Origin: Fibrobacterota bacterium
Lineage (GTDB): Bacteria > Fibrobacterota > Fibrobacteria > UBA11236
Direction of reading: 5' to 3'
NCBI GenBank assembly: GCA_043753995.1
Contig: JAYUVP010000337.1
Coordinates: 1 to 21,838 of the forward strand
DNA length: 21,838 bases
In this document: positions 15,787 to 21,838 of the stretch, one piece after another
How the letters are laid out: every line of letters starts with the position of its first letter
How positions within the stretch are numbered: the stretch's first letter is position 1
Program-made: the position numbers and the translations under genes
The notes under the pieces: generated by a model
Seen by the model: only the letters and a program-made list of their open reading frames with translations
Told to the model about the DNA's origin: nothing
Databases searched by the model: none

Positions 15787-17205
15787 CTATTGCCGACGAG
15801 GCAAAACCCAGGAGCGAAGGGTCATGCCTTGCCGATTATGCAGCCGCAATATATGGGCATTCGGTACGCTTGGCGCATTCAAAACCGTCATTCCAGGAAT
15901 CAAGCGGAGCCTGTATAAACTCTGGCCTTTGACATCGAACCATTCCAAGGTTTGTGATTCGTGGGAGAGGGGTATGGCAAAATTATAGGGGTGCAACCAA
16001 ACCGAGACCGCTGCAATCGGCCTAAGCGAGATTTGAATGGGTGTTGCATGGTTATCAGAATAACCATTCGCAAGGGAAGTAAAATTGCCAGCCATGGTGC
16101 CTTCATTCAAATAAGCCGAAGTGAGACCTTTGAAGGCGGAAGCGGTTTTACCGACCTGATGCTTCACGGTAATTTGCAAGAGCATGCCGTCCAAAGCTAG
16201 CGAATCCGCAGAAGCGAAATAGGCGTGAACTTGGGTGGAACGAGTGACGGTTTCTACACCCATGACGCCATTGGTATAAAAACCAAATGGGCTTTCGACA
16301 CGGGAAAGGCTTTGAAAGACACTTGGCTCAATATTCAATGCGACTTCGCCTGCTAATAACCCCTTGACCCCACGGCCGGAAATGTCATAGCGATAAAAAT
16401 TATTGCCTAAGCTCACCGGAGCCGAAAGTGTGAGATTCACATTGATTCGGCTAGGCACGGTGGTGTCGTTGGTGACAGGAGGTAAAACCGGATTCAGGCC
16501 CAAGATATGCCTTTGCAATTGGGCAATGTCGAAGGCGCCTACTGGTTTTTTGCCGCTGAAATCGTATTTGGAATCCAGACGGTCTAGGAATTGTGTTTGC
16601 AAAACATGGTCGAAGGCTGCATCAATATCCGCCAAATCGATTTGCCCATTGCCATCGACATCGGCCCGTGAACTATTGCCTGTCGTCAGATTCAGGGTGG
16701 TATTGGTCATGGTTTGCGCGGCATTGCCATTCACCACGCCTTGATTGATTTGTACCGTGGATGGCCAGTTCTGCGATTTCGGAATCAGGGTGACCTTCAT
16801 CAAGGCGAATTGGCCATAGCCTTGGCCTGCATCCTTGGCAGTGAAGGTAAAGCTGCGTCGCCCCGCGACTGTCGTATCGCTGAGCTTGAAAGTGAAAGCC
16901 TCATCCACCAAAGATTGGGTCGATTGAAAAGTCAATTTCGTGCTGTCATAGTTCAGCGAAAAGTCGACTTGATTGACTTCGGTATTGGAGAAATTGGCGA
17001 AGAATAACGGAATCACAATGGGATTTTGACCTTGGATAGCTAGGCTGGGTCCGCCGACATGCACCGGCACTACGGCGCCAAGGCTGGGTGAGGCAAAAGC
17101 CGAAAACAAGGCCAAAATAAAAGCGGCCACGGCTTGGCGGCATCCCATTTTCGGAACGCTTCGGGAGTCCCGAGGTGTCAATGCCGATAGTGAATTCGCT
17201 TTCAC
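15787..17205 (-). CDS. Secreted protein with cohesin-like and dockerin-like domains and a C-terminal sorting-like tail
   Basis: Signal peptide (AVAAFILALFSAFASPSLG); cohesin-like VIPLFFANF...VDFSLNYDSTKLTF; dockerin-like ADVDGNGQIDLADI...YDFSGKKPVGAFDIAQLQRHILG; tail LEWFDVKGQ...HILRL. The start is probably GTG 17205 or ATG 17148. The ORF-track start at 17289 lies upstream of the sigma54 promoter. Confidence 0.7.
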   Translation of the reverse strand: MKANSLSALTPRDSRSVPKMGCRQAVAAFILALFSAFASPSLGAVVPVHVGGPSLAIQGQNPIVIPLFFANFSNTEVNQVDFSLNYDSTKLTFQSTQSLVDEAFTFKLSDTTVAGRRSFTFTAKDAGQGYGQFALMKVTLIPKSQNWPSTVQINQGVVNGNAAQTMTNTTLNLTTGNSSRADVDGNGQIDLADIDAAFDHVLQTQFLDRLDSKYDFSGKKPVGAFDIAQLQRHILGLNPVLPPVTNDTTVPSRINVNLTLSAPVSLGNNFYRYDISGRGVKGLLAGEVALNIEPSVFQSLSRVESPFGFYTNGVMGVETVTRSTQVHAYFASADSLALDGMLLQITVKHQVGKTASAFKGLTSAYLNEGTMAGNFTSLANGYSDNHATPIQISLRPIAAVSVWLHPYNFAIPLSHESQTLEWFDVKGQSLYRLRLIPGMTVLNAPSVPNAHILRLHNRQGMTLRSWVLPRRQ

Positions 17206-17247
17206 ATCCCTATCCTGAAGTTCTGGCACGGTCTGGCCATAGCCTAA

Positions 17248-17263
17248 CGCAAAGGCCTTGCCA
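17248..17263 (-). promoter_or_regulatory. Sigma54 (-24/-12) promoter for the cohesin/dockerin gene
   Basis: The - strand reads TGGCAAGGCCTTTGCG (GG-N10-GC), just downstream of the activator gene stop. Confidence 0.65.
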
Positions 17264-17285
17264 TTGAATTTCCATGCCACCAGAT

Positions 17286-19106
17286 TCATTTCAGCCCGTT
17301 CCCTTCGGGGCTATTCCCTGCCGAATCCGCTTGGATCTGGCTCAAATAGCGAAAGAAGGTGGAGCGGCTCATTTTCAGGATTTTGGCAGCTTGTTCGCGA
17401 TTGCCATCGACGAGGGCCAAGGCTTGTTCCAAGTATTGCCGCTGGAATTGCAAGGTGGCCTCGTCAAAGCCGAGAAATTCCGGTTCGCCTTGGGGCGAGC
17501 TTCCCGTGCCCAAATCCATTTCCACCAGGGGGCCGGGGGAAAGCAAGACGGCTTTGTGAACGGCATTGAGCAATTCGCGAACATTGCCCGGCCAGGCATA
17601 GGCGGCCATCGCCCGCAGGGATTGCGGGTGAAAGCCGCGTAAATCCTTGGCGGGATATCTTGCCTTGAAGCGCGCCAAAAAGGCTTGGGCTAATAGAGCG
17701 GCATCGCCGCGACGCTCGCGCAGGGGAGGCAAAAGCAAGGGGATGGGGGCGAGGCGATAATACAGGTCTTCGCGAAAGGTCTTCTCGGCGACCATGGTTT
17801 TGAGATCGCGATGCGTGGCGCAAATCACCCGCACATCGACGCTTTCTTCCGCCGTAGCACCCACGGGACGTATTTTGCCGGTTTCCAGGGCGCGCAATAT
17901 TTTCGATTGCAAAGCCAAATCCATTTCGCCGATCTCGTCGAGGAAAAGCGTGCCCGCGCGCGCCGCGGCGAATAGGCCCCCGCGATCTTGCATGGCCCCG
18001 GTGAAGGCCCCGCGCTTGTAGCCGAACAATTCGCTTTCGAGCAATTCACCGCGCAGGGAACTGCAATTGACGGCGATAAAGGGGCCTTTGCCCCGACCGC
18101 TACGGCGATGCAGGCGCTCGGCCAATAGCTCCTTGCCGGTGCCGGTTTCACCCTGAATGAGTATGGAAATATCCGCGGCGGCCACAGCATCGGCCTCGCG
18201 CAAAACCTTGAGCATGGCCGGGCTTTGCGCCAGGAGTCCGGCTTCAGCGGTGACTCCCGTCAAGTCCCGCAAGGTGGCGGCTTGCTTGGCCATGAATTCG
18301 ACATGATGCACGAGCAGGCCAAGCACTTGGGCGAAGGCTTGCAAGGCTTTCAAATCGGCGGGACCATAAGCCACTTGCAAGCGGCGCGATCCCAAATACA
18401 CGCAGCCGGTGACCTTGCCGCCCAGTAGCACGGGAACGCAAAGCACCGAATGCAATTTCCATTCGGCAATGCTGCGCGCGCCGCTGAAGCGCTGATCCTT
18501 GGCGGCATCGGCGAGCACCAAGCCCTTGCCTTCGGTCAAGACCGATTGCACCACCGAATCGCTGAAGCGCTCCATGGCTTCGCCTTCGCTCAAGCCCGCC
18601 ACGGCTTCGGGCTTGCCTTCTCCGTTCAAGGTGAAGACAAAGGCTTCAGTGGCTTGCAAAGTCTTCTTCGCTGAGTCAAGCAGGGCTTGCAGCAGTTTGC
18701 CCACATCGGCTTCTGCGGCGGCTAAGCGGGCGAATTCTTGCAGGGATTCGGCCAGGGCAAAGCCCGGCGCTTCGGCGGGGGATAGGCTGCCGGTTTTGGC
18801 CTGGGTCACGGCGGTGTTACCCGAAACTTGATCGAATACCAGCACCGCGCCACCGATTTCGAAGCGATCGCCTGGTCGCGGCTTGGCCTTGCCCTGCAAG
18901 GCTTGGCCATTGAGGGAACAGGGCGCCAGGGCTTGCACTTCCCAGCTTTCGCCCGTCTTTACCCATTCGAGTGCCAAGGCGGGAATGTTTTTGCCTTGTC
19001 CCGTGAGCACCAAATCACAATCCGCGGCCGAGCCCACCAGGAAGGAAGTTCCCGGCATGGCGATTTCACGCAATCCCTCGGGGGTATAAAGGCGAAGCGC
19101 ATTCAT
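17286..19106 (-). CDS. Sigma54-dependent enhancer-binding protein (FHA-like, GAF, AAA+, Fis-type HTH)
   Basis: ILIQGETGTGKEL, FIAVNC, ESELFGYKRGAFTGA, GTLFLDEIGEM, FREDLYYRL, WPGNVREL, HTH GNREQAAKILKMSRSTFFR; GAF SVLCVPV. The ATG at 19106 overlaps the upstream stop (ATGA). Confidence 0.95.
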   Translation of the reverse strand: MNALRLYTPEGLREIAMPGTSFLVGSAADCDLVLTGQGKNIPALALEWVKTGESWEVQALAPCSLNGQALQGKAKPRPGDRFEIGGAVLVFDQVSGNTAVTQAKTGSLSPAEAPGFALAESLQEFARLAAAEADVGKLLQALLDSAKKTLQATEAFVFTLNGEGKPEAVAGLSEGEAMERFSDSVVQSVLTEGKGLVLADAAKDQRFSGARSIAEWKLHSVLCVPVLLGGKVTGCVYLGSRRLQVAYGPADLKALQAFAQVLGLLVHHVEFMAKQAATLRDLTGVTAEAGLLAQSPAMLKVLREADAVAAADISILIQGETGTGKELLAERLHRRSGRGKGPFIAVNCSSLRGELLESELFGYKRGAFTGAMQDRGGLFAAARAGTLFLDEIGEMDLALQSKILRALETGKIRPVGATAEESVDVRVICATHRDLKTMVAEKTFREDLYYRLAPIPLLLPPLRERRGDAALLAQAFLARFKARYPAKDLRGFHPQSLRAMAAYAWPGNVRELLNAVHKAVLLSPGPLVEMDLGTGSSPQGEPEFLGFDEATLQFQRQYLEQALALVDGNREQAAKILKMSRSTFFRYLSQIQADSAGNSPEGNGLK

Positions 19107-20557
19107 GGAGCCACCCATTCGCCTTGAGTAATAGTGAAATTTCCGAATGTAACATCGGTAGCGGCACCCGAAAATTTTCCGACAAACAAATGGAGTTTCA
19201 CCTGATCGGGCAGCAAATTGCCGGAATTATCGGTGATCCAATTTTTCGCCGGGCCGGAACTGATGGCGGTCGCTTCCGTGATATTCAATTCGAATTGAGA
19301 ATTGCGGCGGGCAAAACGGATTTTGGCATGGCTGGGAATAAGGATATTGGATGGAGTGGGGGAAAGGCCATTCGGCATCCAATAATTGGGGGTGGAGCTT
19401 AAGCCATTATAATTGAGGGATACCCCGGTGCAATTGTATCCCAGCTTAAAGTCGAAACCCGCCTGGCGTCGGCCTTCCATGGGGCGGTACTCGACGCCGG
19501 GCTTGGCGCTGTCGCTAATCATGAAAGCCAGAAAAACTCCGGGCTTGGCTGTCCATTGAATGCTGGTATTGATTTCAAAATCACCTTTCAATGAAAAGAG
19601 CGAATGCAGGGCGGTCACGGAATCTCCGATAGCGGCGGAAGCGGAAAGGATGAATTTGCTGCTATCGGGTTCGTATAGATTCGAGATTTTGCCCACCAGG
19701 GACCACCAGTCGGTATAGAGGGTTTTTTTCGGCTTGAGCCCATACCATTGCCGAGAAAACGAATAAGGCAAGTCGGTGAATAAATGCGTGGCGTCCTCGT
19801 AAAGGGTTAGAGTACCGCTGAAGCGGCCTAATATCCCCGAAGTCTTGCCGGAAGGCGCTTGGCCCTGGGGCCAAACCAATTGCAGGCTGTCGAATTTGGG
19901 GCTGAATTTGTAGGTGCCAGGCCAGGCATTTTCAGATAAACTGAGCGTTTGGGCGTCGCCATTGTAAATCGTGAGTTTGGGCAATTGCGCGTCGGGGAAA
20001 TTCAGGTTGACTCGAAATGTGGAGTCTTGATTCGGCACTAGGACAATCGGTCCGGAATTCGGTAAAACCAAGGTCGTATCGAATAAGCTGTCCAAGAAAA
20101 TCGTGTCTATTTGCGGCCCTATTCTTTCCGTTCCGATCACTTGTTGGACAGGTTCGCAGACAAGCGTGTCGGGAGGCAAGGTCGAACCTGCTATGCCCCG
20201 ATCGATGCGGCAGGTTTTACCGATTTTGATGCGTGTCGATTGCTTGTATAGTGCGAGGATTTGAAAACTCTTGACGAATTGGATGATTTGGGTCGTGTCG
20301 AGCGAGTGGTTTTCGACTGGGCCTTTCAGGATATTGCGGGCTATTTCCTTGGTCAGCGAGTCTTTTCCCAGGATTTTCGGGGCTTCGGCACTGTCGATGA
20401 TGATTTCAGAATTCCATGTTGTGACGGTATCATAAATATTCAATGGCGGCACACTGGGATCACCGATCAAATTGCAATGGCTAATCACCATACCGCAAAG
20501 AGCGAGGATCACTCCCAAAATCAGGCCGCGTAGCCTTTCCAGGCTCAAAAGGCGCAT
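19103..20557 (-). CDS. Hypothetical exported protein, probable lipoprotein, beta-rich
   Basis: 484-aa ORF overlapping both neighbours; hydrophobic N-terminus ending ISHC; the C-terminal third is beta-sandwich-like (SLKGDFEINTSIQW...DVTFGNFTITQG). Confidence 0.7.
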   Translation of the reverse strand: MRLLSLERLRGLILGVILALCGMVISHCNLIGDPSVPPLNIYDTVTTWNSEIIIDSAEAPKILGKDSLTKEIARNILKGPVENHSLDTTQIIQFVKSFQILALYKQSTRIKIGKTCRIDRGIAGSTLPPDTLVCEPVQQVIGTERIGPQIDTIFLDSLFDTTLVLPNSGPIVLVPNQDSTFRVNLNFPDAQLPKLTIYNGDAQTLSLSENAWPGTYKFSPKFDSLQLVWPQGQAPSGKTSGILGRFSGTLTLYEDATHLFTDLPYSFSRQWYGLKPKKTLYTDWWSLVGKISNLYEPDSSKFILSASAAIGDSVTALHSLFSLKGDFEINTSIQWTAKPGVFLAFMISDSAKPGVEYRPMEGRRQAGFDFKLGYNCTGVSLNYNGLSSTPNYWMPNGLSPTPSNILIPSHAKIRFARRNSQFELNITEATAISSGPAKNWITDNSGNLLPDQVKLHLFVGKFSGAATDVTFGNFTITQGEWVAP

Positions 20558-21390
20558 GCCACCTCAAGACCTTGGAAATCGGTATGCAGGCTGATGCGAG
20601 CATTCTCCCGGTGGCCGAGATAAAAACTCAAGGCCGATCCTCCGGCGCCAAGCAAGGCGACGGCCCAAGCCTGATCGCGCGTGCGGGCATGGTTTTTGGC
20701 ATCGGAGCCATAGCGCTGATAGGTGGCTAAATCGCCTTGACGGCCTGCTTCGGCTTGTTGGTCATAGGCCTGACTGTATTGCCCTTGTTGATAGGCGCCC
20801 ACCGAAATGGCGGCAACTGCCAATCCTCCGAAAACCCAACCGGCTCCGGTCCAGGCAGATCGAGAGGCCGAAGCGGGCTTTGATCCGGCAGAGAGAGGTG
20901 GGTTCGTTGAAGTAGGAATGGGAGAGGAAGAGGTATTTGCAGGCTGAATGGGATAAGTCCCGGAAGTAGAGGCAAGACCGGTAAAACAGGGAAGCCTTTG
21001 GGATTCCACAGCTTGGTTCAGACTGTCTTGTAGGCGCCACATAGCAGGGGGAACGTAAAAGGAATCTAGTCTCGACTTGGAATCGAGGCATGCCGCATGA
21101 TGAAAGTCTTCGCGCGCGCGCGATGTGTCATGACGGGCAAATAGGGACATGCCCCGCAGGCGACGGGCCTGGGCCATGTCGCTGGGATTCGCTTCGAGGT
21201 TTTGGCGATTGAGCCAGGCATCGGAAGCGTGGAAAAGGCTGTCGAATAAGCCCCATTGCAAATAATGGTCGAGTATTTTCGGCAAAGGCGCAGAAGAGGA
21301 ATTCGCTTTGGATTCGGCGTGGACCCCGATGCAAATCACCAGGGCGGCGGCAAATGCCCGCACTATGCATCCGAAATGGAAGGGCCGCAT
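20545..21390 (-). CDS. Hypothetical exported protein: TPR-like segment, Pro/Ser linker, two C-terminal hydrophobic helices
   Basis: Signal peptide from MRPFHFG (ATG 21390); ARRLRGMSLFA...AREDFHHAACLD...LDSFYVPP; AGWVFGGLAVAAISVG and AWAVALLGAGGSALSFYL. Confidence 0.65.
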   Translation of the reverse strand: MRPFHFGCIVRAFAAALVICIGVHAESKANSSSAPLPKILDHYLQWGLFDSLFHASDAWLNRQNLEANPSDMAQARRLRGMSLFARHDTSRAREDFHHAACLDSKSRLDSFYVPPAMWRLQDSLNQAVESQRLPCFTGLASTSGTYPIQPANTSSSPIPTSTNPPLSAGSKPASASRSAWTGAGWVFGGLAVAAISVGAYQQGQYSQAYDQQAEAGRQGDLATYQRYGSDAKNHARTRDQAWAVALLGAGGSALSFYLGHRENARISLHTDFQGLEVACAF

Positions 21391-21424
21391 CGCGGCGGAA
21401 AGTAACAAGAAGCGGGCTTGAGAC

Positions 21425-21838
21425 TTAGGGCTCGCGGGCCATTTCGCGGCGCAATTCCAGGCTTTCCGCGGGTGCGATTTCAATGGACTCGCTCAGGGAA
21501 AGGCAGCCTTCGCGTCGCAAAGTCAGGCGATGCAGGCCGGGCGTCAAGGCTATCCATTCGGTCGGGGTTTGGCCATGGCTTTCGCCGTCGATTTCGAGTT
21601 CGGCATAGGGCGGGCGACTGAAGAGGCGCAGCAAGCCGGGCTTTTCCGGCAAGGCGGACTTGGCTTGGCCTCGTTTTTTAAACGAGGTCGCGGCATTTAT
21701 GGGAGGCACGGATACCGACGGGTTCCTGGATTCTATGGGCCTGGCGACTAGAGAATCCTTCCGCCCAGGCGGTGCCCAAGTGATGGTGGTGTCCAAGGGT
21801 AAGGTCACCGTGGTTGTGTCCACGGTGGAAGGCGAGGC
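21425..21838 (-). CDS. C-terminal part of a PEGA-domain protein (begins beyond the window)
   Basis: GLLRLFSRPPYAELEIDGESHGQTP...LTPGLHRLTLRREG is a PEGA pattern; the frame stays open to the window end. Confidence 0.85.
   Translation of the reverse strand, partial: ASPSTVDTTTVTLPLDTTITWAPPGRKDSLVARPIESRNPSVSVPPINAATSFKKRGQAKSALPEKPGLLRLFSRPPYAELEIDGESHGQTPTEWIALTPGLHRLTLRREGCLSLSESIEIAPAESLELRREMAREP

Noticed and set aside
15663..15932. Small + strand ORFs between the VIT-vWA and cohesin genes
   Set aside because: They overlap the cohesin gene end in antisense, and show no motif or convincing RBS; the region is better explained as upstream regulatory DNA.
15787..17205. Cellulosome scaffoldin
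   Set aside because: Only one or two cohesin-like modules, no recognisable CBM, and no glycoside hydrolase genes in the window.
17265..17279. Second tandem sigma54-like site TGGCATGGAAATTCA (- strand)
   Set aside because: The -12 position reads CA instead of GC; the adjacent site at 17248-17263 fits better.

Overview
Bacterial chromosomal window from a diderm organism. The C-terminal sorting-like tails, the FHA-GAF sigma54 activator and the PEGA cassette suggest Fibrobacterota or a relative, but this is inference only. From left to right: (1) the 5' end of sucA on the - strand, cut by the window edge and absent from the ORF track; (2) an ArfB-like GGQ peptidyl-tRNA hydrolase; (3) a ~300-bp multi-hairpin intergenic element; (4) recQ, overlapping a NusG-domain-II (EetA-like) gene, followed by a Gx/EetB-like protein fused to an EcfT-like domain; (5) a convergent, tightly coupled six-gene operon encoding two outer-membrane beta-barrels, a diheme hydrazine-synthase-alpha-like lipoprotein, TlpA, DUF4266 and DUF3570 with an SGAS flavinylation-type motif; (6) a K+-dependent, probably Na+-pumping pyrophosphatase plus a coupled hypothetical gene; (7) a - strand block of a PEGA protein, a TPR-like protein, a lipoprotein and an FHA-GAF-AAA+ sigma54 activator, followed by two secreted-protein genes (cohesin/dockerin and VIT-vWA), each preceded by a -24/-12 promoter. 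The best candidate for an undescribed system is the flavin/heme/thiol envelope redox locus at 3110-10185. Family calls come from motif recognition by eye, not database searches.
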